DNA of 64,000 nucleotides from Candidatus Omnitrophota bacterium (GCA_026416665.1 JAOAET010000041.1:10425-74424); one strand, 5' to 3'; positions 38,373-47,242 are shown, counted from the first letter of the stretch. Made by a program: numbers and translations. The notes: a model not told the origin generated them from the letters alone.

Positions 38373-38660
38373 ATGGATACACTCTACGAAAAAAATCCTG
38401 ACGTTATTTTTAGAAAAATTGCTGGTGAATATCTGCTTATGCCCATAAAACAAAAGGCAGTAGATTTAAGAAGTATCTATACCTTAAACGAAACAGCTTC
38501 CTGTATCTGGCAACTTCTTGATGGTAAAACAACTATTGGTGATATACAAAAAGCACTTTGTGAGCAATTTGATATTACTTCAGAGCAAGCACTTTGGGAT
38601 ATTCAAGAATTTGTTAGTCAACTGGAGGCGTTAGGTTTTATTCATAGAATAAGCCGATAG
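38373..38660 (+). CDS. PqqD-family RiPP recognition element (RRE) protein 1
   Basis: RKIAGEYLLMPI...IYTLNETASCIWQLLDGK...LCEQFDI...DIQEFVSQL; ATG 38373 preferred over TTG 38322. Confidence 0.88.
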   Translation: MDTLYEKNPDVIFRKIAGEYLLMPIKQKAVDLRSIYTLNETASCIWQLLDGKTTIGDIQKALCEQFDITSEQALWDIQEFVSQLEALGFIHRISR

Positions 38661-38661
38661 T

Positions 38662-40419
38662 ATGAAGCAGGTGCTTTTATGTATTCCGCCTGACTACGAC
38701 CATGAATATCCTGCCTTAGGAACAGCGGTTCTTCAGGCGTATCTTAAGAAACACAAGGTTTCTTGTTTACAAATCGACTTAAATCTTGCTTATCGAAAAT
38801 TTCTTGCCCAGCATGTCTGGGCAGAAACAGAGCTTACTTTAGAGGAACAAATTTTTTTCCTACCTTGGCTTATAAAGAAATTCTTTCGCAACTGTCTTAA
38901 AGGTCGTTATTACGAAGATTGTCTTGCCCGCCAATCAGATGGAATCTTTCCAGAGTTGCCTTATGGTAACAACACCAACAGTTCCTTCTTTTTCTGTGAG
39001 CATTTACTTTCTTCAGAATATCTATTTAGATATCTTGAAGATGAAGAAGAAAATACCTTTTGGCAGTTTTTTACACAAAGTGGCATCTTAGATATAATTC
39101 AACAAGAAGACATAAAACTAGTAGGAATCTCTATTATTTCTCCTTCACAGGCAATTGCTTCATTGACATTAGCTTTACTGATTAAGAAGAGATTTCCCCA
39201 AGTGCATGTAAATATCGGTGGACAGTGGCCTACGCTTTACAGACGTCAAATTTTAGAACATAGACAGTTATTTAGATGTTTTGATAGTGTAATCGTCTTT
39301 GAGGGAGAAGTTGCTTTACTAGAATTAGCAAGAAGAGTTTGCGCAAACAAAGAAATTACAGGTATTGCTAATGTTATTACCAAAGATACAAAACTAAATG
39401 AGCACTTTAGAATTGCTGAGATAGATATGCGTAGACTGCCACCACCTGATTTTGAAGGCCTTCTCCTAGGAGAATACGACGGTGCAAGGGATGGCCAGAT
39501 TAGTTTAACTTTTGAGAGTTCTCGAGGTTGTTACTGGGGGCGTTGTGCCTATTGTGTAGATTTACCTTTACCTAAACCCAGTTATCGTATAAAATCAGCA
39601 CAATTAGTAGTAAGAGATATGTGTTATTTAAAGGATAAATTTGGAGCAAGCTTTTTACTATTGAGTGACCCTGGACTTTCTTGTCGTCAGATGGTAGAGA
39701 TTTCGGAAGAGATTATTCGGCAGGGAGTAAAAATTAATTGGTGGACAATGGCACGGCTTGATCCTGGATTTAAGAAAGAACATTTTGAACTTGCCCATAA
39801 AGCAGGCCTTTGCCAGATAAATTTTGGTTTTGAAACAGCATCTGAACGTCTAAGTAAACTTTTAGACAAGGGGAACCTAAGAGAACGTAGTTCTCGCATT
39901 ATCCGAGACTGTGCCTTAAGTGGTATAAAGGTGGATTTGCAGACAATGCTGGGGTTACCGCAGGAAACTTATGAAGAGGCTCTAGAAACAATAGATTTCT
40001 TGCTAGAACACAAAGAGTTTATCAGCCATGTTACCTTTAATATCTATTACCTTACACCTGAGAATTATGTGTATTATAACCCTTACAGGTATGGTATAAG
40101 TTATGACAAAGAAAAAGTTTTGCCTTTTTCTTTCTTTATTCCTTTTCAAAATTTATATGGGATAGATATGGAGAAAGCAGCACAGATAGAAAAAATTTAT
40201 TATGCCTTGGTAGAAAAAGAAAAAATAACAAGCAAAGCCAAAGAAGAAATTGGGAAAATAGACTTATTTAGTTCTACTGAAACAGAAAACAGCCAGCTTT
40301 TAAAAGAGGTGTTTATAACTTTGTTAGATCAAACAGTAAGTATTAAATATTACTATGATGAAAAGACTGATACCTGTACTTTTTTAGAAGAAGAGGATGT
40401 CTTTTCGCAAAGAAGGTAA
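38662..40419 (+). CDS. B12-binding domain radical SAM enzyme (class B methyltransferase-like)
   Basis: PALGTAVLQAYL, VGISI, IGGQW, FEGE, SRGCYWGRCAYC (CxxxCxxC), GFETAS, LGLPQET. Confidence 0.88.
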   Translation: MKQVLLCIPPDYDHEYPALGTAVLQAYLKKHKVSCLQIDLNLAYRKFLAQHVWAETELTLEEQIFFLPWLIKKFFRNCLKGRYYEDCLARQSDGIFPELPYGNNTNSSFFFCEHLLSSEYLFRYLEDEEENTFWQFFTQSGILDIIQQEDIKLVGISIISPSQAIASLTLALLIKKRFPQVHVNIGGQWPTLYRRQILEHRQLFRCFDSVIVFEGEVALLELARRVCANKEITGIANVITKDTKLNEHFRIAEIDMRRLPPPDFEGLLLGEYDGARDGQISLTFESSRGCYWGRCAYCVDLPLPKPSYRIKSAQLVVRDMCYLKDKFGASFLLLSDPGLSCRQMVEISEEIIRQGVKINWWTMARLDPGFKKEHFELAHKAGLCQINFGFETASERLSKLLDKGNLRERSSRIIRDCALSGIKVDLQTMLGLPQETYEEALETIDFLLEHKEFISHVTFNIYYLTPENYVYYNPYRYGISYDKEKVLPFSFFIPFQNLYGIDMEKAAQIEKIYYALVEKEKITSKAKEEIGKIDLFSSTETENSQLLKEVFITLLDQTVSIKYYYDEKTDTCTFLEEEDVFSQRR

Positions 40420-41872
40420 TCTTATAAAAATGAGAGCATTTCCTGTATCAATGATGGAAGACCACGACCAGGCCTATTTTTTCTGGAAGAAGCAAGGTCT
40501 AAAAGGATTTACTCTTTTACATATTGATGCACATCTTGACTTTGGTTGGTTGCCAGAACTTGACTGGCAACAATTGCCCACTATTTCTTTTTCACAATTA
40601 CCTGCTTTGCAATCACAACTGTTGCTTAATCCTTTTATTACTTCAAAAGAAAAACTACTTAATATTGGTAATTTTATTTGCTCTGCTATTAGAGATGGTA
40701 TTGTTAGACGGTTGTTTTGGATTGTTCCTGAGCCAACATTAAATTGTCTGCGCGGAAATTATTTCTTGCAGAAGCAGATAAAACAAATCTTACGGCTAAA
40801 AAAAACCGATACAGGTAGCTTTTTGATAAAGCAAAGAAGTATTAATTTCCGCTTGGCAGGAGTTGAGGTTACTGTTTGTGGTTTAAGTGACTTCTGTTAC
40901 GTAGAAGAGCCAGTGCTTCTGGATATAGATGTAGATTTTTTGGTTACTGGCTATATCTGGAATGACGTTGATCCTTGTCGTATTCCTTGGATATACCCTG
41001 ACCAGTTATATGAGTTGGTAAGTAAGAAAATTTCTCAAATTGAGGCCTTAACTATAGCCTATTCAGTGGAAGGAGGCTTTACCCCTCTAAAATTCAAATT
41101 CCTTGGTGATTACCTGCGACTTTACTTTACAGAGGACTTTAGCAAAGAAGATGAAGACAGTTTAGAGAGAAGAAAAGAGGCAATATATTTAGAAGAACAG
41201 AAGCAATACGACAAAGCAGAAGCCATTTATGAGGAACTTTTAAAAATTAACCCAAAAGATGCCTCAATTTATTTTGCTCTTTATTTGTTGAACTTAAACA
41301 GTCACATAGCCGATATTACAAAAGCGAGAAATTATTTCTACAGGGCTATTCAAATTGACCCGACATATTCCACAGAATATAATAATTACGGCATTCTCTA
41401 TGCACGCAATGGCCGTTATAGCCAGGCAAAAAAGTATTACCAAAGGTTCTTAGAGATGTGTCCGACTAATGCTTCTTGCTGGGAAGGATTAGGTTTTATT
41501 GCTTTAAGAGAAAGAGATTACACAGCCTCTCTGAGATTTTTTAAAAAGTCCTTAGAATATGATTCACAAAGATTAGCTAGTCAATTGGGTGTAGCAATTA
41601 TTCATTTTTATCAAGGGGTTTTAGATAAGGCAGAAGAGATGCTTTTTTCGTTAAAAGAGAAGTTAACTGATAATTTTGAAATCTATTGGTGGCTGGCACG
41701 CATTGCCCATAAAAAAGGGCTTAATAAACAGGCAATTAATTACTACAAGAAGGCAGTTTTAACTGGTGGTGAAGGAGTAGCTGTTCACTGGTATCTGGCA
41801 AGTTTGTATTTAAAAGAAAAAAATTTTTTCAGAGTAACAGAAGAATTAAGCCGTATTATTCAACAGATTTAA
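40397..41872 (+). CDS. UPF0489/peptide-arginase-like metallohydrolase fused to TPR repeats
   Basis: EDHDQA, HIDAHLD (DxHxD), NIGNFI, LDIDVDF (DxD), SVEGGFTP; several C-terminal TPRs. Confidence 0.75.
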   Translation: MSFRKEGNLIKMRAFPVSMMEDHDQAYFFWKKQGLKGFTLLHIDAHLDFGWLPELDWQQLPTISFSQLPALQSQLLLNPFITSKEKLLNIGNFICSAIRDGIVRRLFWIVPEPTLNCLRGNYFLQKQIKQILRLKKTDTGSFLIKQRSINFRLAGVEVTVCGLSDFCYVEEPVLLDIDVDFLVTGYIWNDVDPCRIPWIYPDQLYELVSKKISQIEALTIAYSVEGGFTPLKFKFLGDYLRLYFTEDFSKEDEDSLERRKEAIYLEEQKQYDKAEAIYEELLKINPKDASIYFALYLLNLNSHIADITKARNYFYRAIQIDPTYSTEYNNYGILYARNGRYSQAKKYYQRFLEMCPTNASCWEGLGFIALRERDYTASLRFFKKSLEYDSQRLASQLGVAIIHFYQGVLDKAEEMLFSLKEKLTDNFEIYWWLARIAHKKGLNKQAINYYKKAVLTGGEGVAVHWYLASLYLKEKNFFRVTEELSRIIQQI

Positions 41873-41875
41873 GAT

Positions 41876-42154
41876 ATGTTTTTACAGAATAAACTAAAGA
41901 GGTGTTTTCAAAAAAACGAAGATATTATTGAAGAAGAAAAAGACAGGATAATTACTCTTTTTGACCCGTATCGTAGAGTAGCAATTAGATTAAGTCCTAC
42001 TGGATATAGGATTTGGCAGTTAATAGATGGTCGCCGTCAAGTATCCGATATTATTGAAGAATTGAAAAAAGATTTTGAGGTCAATGAAAAAACCATCTGT
42101 AGAGATGTTATATGTTTTCTGGATAAGTTAGCTAAAAGAGAGATAATCAAATAA
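41876..42154 (+). CDS. PqqD-family RRE protein 2
   Basis: LSPTGYRIWQLIDGRRQVSDIIEELKKDFEV...DVICFLDKL. Confidence 0.88.
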   Translation: MFLQNKLKRCFQKNEDIIEEEKDRIITLFDPYRRVAIRLSPTGYRIWQLIDGRRQVSDIIEELKKDFEVNEKTICRDVICFLDKLAKREIIK

Positions 42155-43275
42155 TGTTTTGTTCAATTCAGCAAAGAAAATTTGCGGATTTATGTAACGA
42201 ACTCGATTCTGTGGCTATTAAAGAAAAGATTCCTTATATGTGTGCCTTTGAACTTACTTATCGGTGCAATTTATCCTGCTGTCACTGTTATTGCAATTTA
42301 CCAGCAAATCATCCCAACAAAGAAAAGGAGATTCCCACAAATAAGGTTAGGCAACTTCTTGATGAAATGGTAGATAGTGGGTGTTTATGGTTATTGTTGA
42401 CAGGGGGTGAGGTGTTTTTACGTGAAGATTTTTGGCAAATCTATCTGTATGCCTTAAGAAAAGGTTTTCTTATTGACCTGTTTACCAATGCGACATTACT
42501 AGATGAGGAGAAAGTGAAACGTCTTTCCGATTACCCACCTCTTTCTCTAGAAATAAGTTTATATGCTGCAAAGGAACAAATTCATGATAATATAACTGGA
42601 GTGTGTGGTTCATTTAAGCGGTTAATGAATGCTATCACTGCCCTTAAAAAATACAATGTACCTTTCTCATTAAAAAGTATTTTGATGAAAGAGAACATTG
42701 CTGAACTTACTGCTATGCGTAAATTAGCCAAGGATTATCAGGTAAGTTTTCGTTATGATACATTAATCTGTCCTCGCTTAGATGGAGGTAACTTGCCCTT
42801 GATTCATCGGTTAAGCGAATGGGAAATGGCACAATTGGATATATTAGATGATTACCCTATTTTGGAGAAGATTTTTCAGGAATATTGGGCTAAACCAATG
42901 TCAGAGCCACTTATCTGCGGAGCAGGGGTATTTGCCTTTAATATTAATCCATACGCAGTGTTAAGCCCTTGCACGATGTTTAAGAGTTTTCAATATTCGT
43001 TACATAATGTGTCTTTTTTGGAAGCTTGGAAAAAGATGACTGGTGAGTTTGAAAAAAAAATAAAATATCTTCTGGAACCTCTTTGCCAAAAATGTAATAT
43101 GGTTTATATTTGTCCCAATTGTCCTGCCTGGAGTGAGTTGGAGACAGGCAGTTTAAAGGGTATTGTCAGACATATCTGCCTATATGCCAAGACACTAGAA
43201 AAGATTTACAGGATAACAAAGGAGGGCAATAATGGAGAAAAAGCCTTATCAAAAACCAACAATGCAGGAGGTTAA
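42154..43275 (+). CDS. Radical SAM/SPASM domain peptide maturase
   Basis: ELTYRCNLSCCHCY, LTGGE, TNATL; SPASM cysteines CGAG...SPC...CQKC...CPNCPA...C. Confidence 0.92.
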   Translation: MFCSIQQRKFADLCNELDSVAIKEKIPYMCAFELTYRCNLSCCHCYCNLPANHPNKEKEIPTNKVRQLLDEMVDSGCLWLLLTGGEVFLREDFWQIYLYALRKGFLIDLFTNATLLDEEKVKRLSDYPPLSLEISLYAAKEQIHDNITGVCGSFKRLMNAITALKKYNVPFSLKSILMKENIAELTAMRKLAKDYQVSFRYDTLICPRLDGGNLPLIHRLSEWEMAQLDILDDYPILEKIFQEYWAKPMSEPLICGAGVFAFNINPYAVLSPCTMFKSFQYSLHNVSFLEAWKKMTGEFEKKIKYLLEPLCQKCNMVYICPNCPAWSELETGSLKGIVRHICLYAKTLEKIYRITKEGNNGEKALSKTNNAGG

Positions 43276-43390
43276 ACTTTCTATTGATGATACTTTATTA
43301 TCTGCCTGTCGTAAGACAGCAACTTCACGGGTCAATCCTAAACGGGGAACTTCTTGCCGTGCCTGCAGAACAACCTATCGTTCTTCATAA
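43232..43390 (+). CDS. Putative RiPP precursor peptide, 52 aa: MEKKPYQKPTMQEVKLSIDDTLLSACRKTATSRVNPKRGTSCRACRTTYRSS
   Basis: Translated by hand (absent from the ORF track). SD AAGGAGG lies just upstream, the leader has a YxKPxM RRE-binding-type motif, and the C-terminal half is Cys/Arg/Ser/Thr rich. It fills the gap between the rSAM and kinase genes. Confidence 0.88.
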   Translation: MEKKPYQKPTMQEVKLSIDDTLLSACRKTATSRVNPKRGTSCRACRTTYRSS

Positions 43391-43408
43391 AACAGTTACC
43401 TCCTTATA

Positions 43409-44293
43409 ATGAAAGATGATATTGGAGTAAGTAATAGCTTTAGTGTCTTACTTAACATAGCAGGTTTAGGCCTGTCTATTAAAAGTAGTGTGCCTTTTCG
43501 TTGTTTTAAGGATTTTAGTTTCTATGAAAAGTTCATTGTAAATGAATTTCCTGAGATATCGTGTTTTCTTACCCATCGAATAGGAGTGCCGAATCTTTAT
43601 TTAAATACTGCCACAGAAACTTTTACTACCCAAAATTGGCTACTTCAAACCACTACAGACAAAAAAATTCTTATTGTTGGTCCACAACAAAAAAACAAAC
43701 TAGTAGATAATGTAGCAGTATTTAACTCAGATTATAGTCAGGGTATTTTGTATCAGAAACATATCTATGAGATATTTCGTAGGTTTATAGACCAGTTTTT
43801 ATTTATCAATATTTTAAGTAGAAGAAAAGGATTTCTATTTCACGCCTCAGGTGTAATTTACCAGAATAAAGGACTTTGTTTTGCTGGCGTATCTGGAAGC
43901 GGAAAATCTACTTTACTTAGTCTTTGGCGAAGAGAAGTCCCAGAGGATGCTTTATTAAACGATGACAGAGTAGCATTGCGTAGAATAAAAAGAAGGTGGT
44001 TAATTTTTGGAACGCCTTGGTATGGTGAGTCAAAAGTTGCTACCAACAAATCGGCACGGTTAAATACCATTTTTTTTATTCGCCATGCGGATAAGACTTT
44101 TCTTAAGCCGATATCCGTAAACCAGGCATTAGCAAAGTTAGGGGTACTGGCTTTATTACCTTTATGGGATAAATCTTCTGTTAAGCAGGTATTATCTTCC
44201 TTTGAGATGTTGGTAAAAGAGGTTCCTATGTATGAATTTGGTTTCCGACCTGATAAAACGGCAGTAGAAACAATAAAAGAGCTCTTATGCTAA
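43409..44293 (+). CDS. HprK-related P-loop kinase (RiPP-associated type)
   Basis: FHASGV, Walker A GVSGSGKST, LNDDRV, GTPWYG. Confidence 0.82.
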   Translation: MKDDIGVSNSFSVLLNIAGLGLSIKSSVPFRCFKDFSFYEKFIVNEFPEISCFLTHRIGVPNLYLNTATETFTTQNWLLQTTTDKKILIVGPQQKNKLVDNVAVFNSDYSQGILYQKHIYEIFRRFIDQFLFINILSRRKGFLFHASGVIYQNKGLCFAGVSGSGKSTLLSLWRREVPEDALLNDDRVALRRIKRRWLIFGTPWYGESKVATNKSARLNTIFFIRHADKTFLKPISVNQALAKLGVLALLPLWDKSSVKQVLSSFEMLVKEVPMYEFGFRPDKTAVETIKELLC

Positions 44294-46455
44294 TGGAGGT
44301 TGTTTGTTCTCAGCAAGAATTTGATAAATTATTGACACAGATACGCTCAAAGGTAAACTATGTTACTTTTCAGGCAAGAGGAGCAAGTATGTTTGCCTTT
44401 ATCAAGAAAGGGGATTGGTTAAAAATAGAAATTCTGCCTCAGAACAGCGATTGTTTAATTCGTAAGGGAGACGTTGTCCTTTTTAAAAAACAAGATATGC
44501 TTTTTCTACATAGAGTTATACGGATAAATAAGGAAGGATTTTTAGTAAAAGCAGATGCCTCTTTAGGAAGTGACGGAGTTATTTTGCCTGATGAGATTAT
44601 AGGAAAACTTATTACTATTCAAAGAGGCAGAAAATTGATAGATTTAGATAAACGAGTTTACCGTTTGGTAGCATTAGGTATAGCCAATTTAAGTAATCTG
44701 TTTTCTTGCTTATGGTTTATTTTCGATAAACTGTGCATGTTTTATCTTAAGATACTGCATTGCTTACAGAAAGTTTCCCTCTACAGAAAAATAGCCCGTA
44801 TGTTTTGTGGAGATATTATTATTCGGCAAGCAACTACAAATGACCAACAGCAGTTACGTGATTTGTATCGTATGGCTGGTATTGATGTACAAGAAGGGCT
44901 GAGTAAAATAAAGTTAGAAGGATTTTGGTTAGTAGCCCAGAGAAATAAAAAGATAGCCGCAGCGGTTACTATTTCTGCCAGTGAAAGTGACCCAAGTTTT
45001 TGGCTTATCTTTGGCTTGGAAGTAAAGCCATGGTTGCGCGGTATGGGAATCGGGAAAAAAATTATTCAACACGCAATAAGCATGGCCAAGGAAAGAGGTG
45101 CAAAAAAGATAGGTTTGTTTGTATCCAAAAAAGCAACCGCTGCAGTTAATCTTTATCGGTCTTTGGGTTTTATTCCCACAGAAGAAGTTCCCGAAGGTTA
45201 TAATCGCTGGCAAGAAGATTTGTTTTTAGTATACAGTGATTGTTTTAAGAAGAGAAAAAAACAACAAGGAGAAGCAAAAAAAATGTATTCAGAAGAGCCA
45301 CTTAGTTCTTCCTTAAAGGCTTCCTTAAAGGCCCTTATTCAACTGGTTTGCTTAGATAATCAATCTAGAAGTAACTTTAATTATAGAAATTTTTCTGTTA
45401 TACAGTGGCAAGATTTACTAAAACTCTCCATTAAGGAAGGATTATTTTTTCCTTTCTGGCAGGGTTTACAAAGATATTTTCATCTACAACAGAAAACTCA
45501 AAACTCTCCATTAACCTTTACAAAGATGAACTTCATCAAAGAGATTATTCCTGAGCAAGTAGCAGAAGAGTTTATGGATAACTATTACCATCATCTTGCC
45601 GCAAGTATGATGTTTAGTTCAGCGGTAGAATCAATTCTAAACCATCTAGAGAATCATCAAATACTTACACTTCTTATGAAAGGTCCAACGGTAGATAATA
45701 TTATTTACGGTGACTACTTACGTAGCCGTGGCGATTTAGATATTGTGGTGAAACAAAAAGATTGGCCTTTACTTACTAGGGTTTTAGAAAATATAGGATA
45801 TTTTATACAACTACCGCCAAGAGATTACCCATTATTTGAATACCAGAATAGTCTTTTATTCTTACCTAAAAAAGAAGGCATACCCATTCATCTACATAAT
45901 AACTTATTTAATAATTTATATTTAGGCGTTGATGGGCTATTTTTGCCTTCTATGGAAAAAGTTTGGCAAGAGACTATACCGCTTAAGAATTACCAGTGGA
46001 TTCGTGCTTTGCAACCTGAAATGCAGATTATTTATCTTTGTGAACATGCAGTTAAACATAATTTTGAACAGTTGGTTTTAGCTTATGAAATCCAGAGGAT
46101 AATTCTTATATATGCGAATTCTCTGGACTGGAATAAATTAGTGATTCTTACCCAATCAATGGGGTTAACCCAGGTTGTATATACTGCCTTAGAAGTGGTC
46201 AGAGACCTGTTTAACATAGATTTACCTGTTGAACGGTTAAAGAGATTACAACCGAAGCTTACTGTTGTCCAGAGATGTTTTCTAAGAAAAGTAAGAGATA
46301 GGAAGATATCTTATTGGACTTGTTATCCTTTATATCTTAGTATGCGCAAAAAATTTTTTTATAAACTGCGTTTTATCTGGTACAGTTTTTTCCCACCTGG
46401 TTTTCCTTTGCGAGGATATCTTACTAGGATAAGGAAATTAATACTGGCACAATGA
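44287..46455 (+). CDS. Fusion of S24/S26 peptidase, GNAT acetyltransferase and nucleotidyltransferase (NTP_transf_5-like)
   Basis: GASMFAFIKKGD...LHRV...KAD (peptidase); VKPWLRGMGIGKK...AVNLYRSLGF (GNAT); LMKGP...RGDLDIVV...IHLH...LCEHAVKH (NTase). Confidence 0.78.
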   Translation: MLMEVVCSQQEFDKLLTQIRSKVNYVTFQARGASMFAFIKKGDWLKIEILPQNSDCLIRKGDVVLFKKQDMLFLHRVIRINKEGFLVKADASLGSDGVILPDEIIGKLITIQRGRKLIDLDKRVYRLVALGIANLSNLFSCLWFIFDKLCMFYLKILHCLQKVSLYRKIARMFCGDIIIRQATTNDQQQLRDLYRMAGIDVQEGLSKIKLEGFWLVAQRNKKIAAAVTISASESDPSFWLIFGLEVKPWLRGMGIGKKIIQHAISMAKERGAKKIGLFVSKKATAAVNLYRSLGFIPTEEVPEGYNRWQEDLFLVYSDCFKKRKKQQGEAKKMYSEEPLSSSLKASLKALIQLVCLDNQSRSNFNYRNFSVIQWQDLLKLSIKEGLFFPFWQGLQRYFHLQQKTQNSPLTFTKMNFIKEIIPEQVAEEFMDNYYHHLAASMMFSSAVESILNHLENHQILTLLMKGPTVDNIIYGDYLRSRGDLDIVVKQKDWPLLTRVLENIGYFIQLPPRDYPLFEYQNSLLFLPKKEGIPIHLHNNLFNNLYLGVDGLFLPSMEKVWQETIPLKNYQWIRALQPEMQIIYLCEHAVKHNFEQLVLAYEIQRIILIYANSLDWNKLVILTQSMGLTQVVYTALEVVRDLFNIDLPVERLKRLQPKLTVVQRCFLRKVRDRKISYWTCYPLYLSMRKKFFYKLRFIWYSFFPPGFPLRGYLTRIRKLILAQ

Positions 46456-47241
46456 GCCATCTTTTTGGACTCTTCTTATTGCCCAGTCAAACATAAGAAT
46501 GGAAAAAGGTAAAAGGGTTATAGAAAAAAAGAAGAGGAAAAAAATCTGAGGTAACAGTTTCTCCAAAGAATAATTTTTATACACTGCAGATTGTATTGCC
46601 TCAATAGCGTAGGTAATGGGAAATAAACGTGCACAAATTTGAAGCCAAAAAGGCAATACTGTAATTGGGAAATACACGCCTCCGAGTAATCCTTCCAGAG
46701 TTCCGATTAACCAACTCAAAGGATTGGCTCGTTTAGTTATCATTACAAAGCTTGCAGAAAGTATACCTAAACCAGAAAAAGAGGTAATGGTAAGAAAAAG
46801 AATAACCGCGCAAGACACTATATTTATTTGCTGAAAGTCAATACGAAATAAAAAGACAGCTAAAAGAAGATAAATTATTAGGTCAACAGTAGCAATAATT
46901 AGATTCCACAGAACCAGTGAGAACAAAAAGACACTTATTCTAGTAGGTGTAGCAACAATAGCTTCAAGGGTACCTTGCTGTTGTTCTAAACGCAGACGGT
47001 CTGAGAATGCCCCTAAGCCCACACCAGCATAACCAAAAAATGCGCTACTTAGTAAGACGTAAGCAAAATAATTTACGCCAAAAGGTTCGAGATGCCTGAC
47101 TATGGTATGACCAAATAGTTTATCAATAAAGAAATAACTTAATAAATTAAAAAAGATACCGAGGATATTTAGAAAAAATGACAGACGGTAACTTGTCTCT
47201 TGAAGAAAATCTTTTTTAAGAAAAGCAAATACTCTACGCAT
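46438..47241 (-). CDS. ABC-2 type exporter permease
   Basis: About 6 TM; EQQQGTLEAIVATP, GVYFPITVLPFWLQ, PITYAI. Confidence 0.9.
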   Translation of the reverse strand: MRRVFAFLKKDFLQETSYRLSFFLNILGIFFNLLSYFFIDKLFGHTIVRHLEPFGVNYFAYVLLSSAFFGYAGVGLGAFSDRLRLEQQQGTLEAIVATPTRISVFLFSLVLWNLIIATVDLIIYLLLAVFLFRIDFQQINIVSCAVILFLTITSFSGLGILSASFVMITKRANPLSWLIGTLEGLLGGVYFPITVLPFWLQICARLFPITYAIEAIQSAVYKNYSLEKLLPQIFFLFFFSITLLPFSILMFDWAIRRVQKDGSLCQY

Positions 47242-47242
47242 T

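Noticed and set aside
38373-43275. PQQ biosynthesis (PqqD plus PqqE-like rSAM)
   Set aside because: There is no PqqB or PqqC, and the peptide lacks the PqqA ExxxY motif.
43232-43390. Lasso peptide interpretation of the precursor (YxxP leader, kinase, NTase, RRE)
   Set aside because: There is no lasso cyclase (asparagine-synthetase-like) or transglutaminase-like B2 protease in the window, and the core has no Asp/Glu to form the macrolactam.
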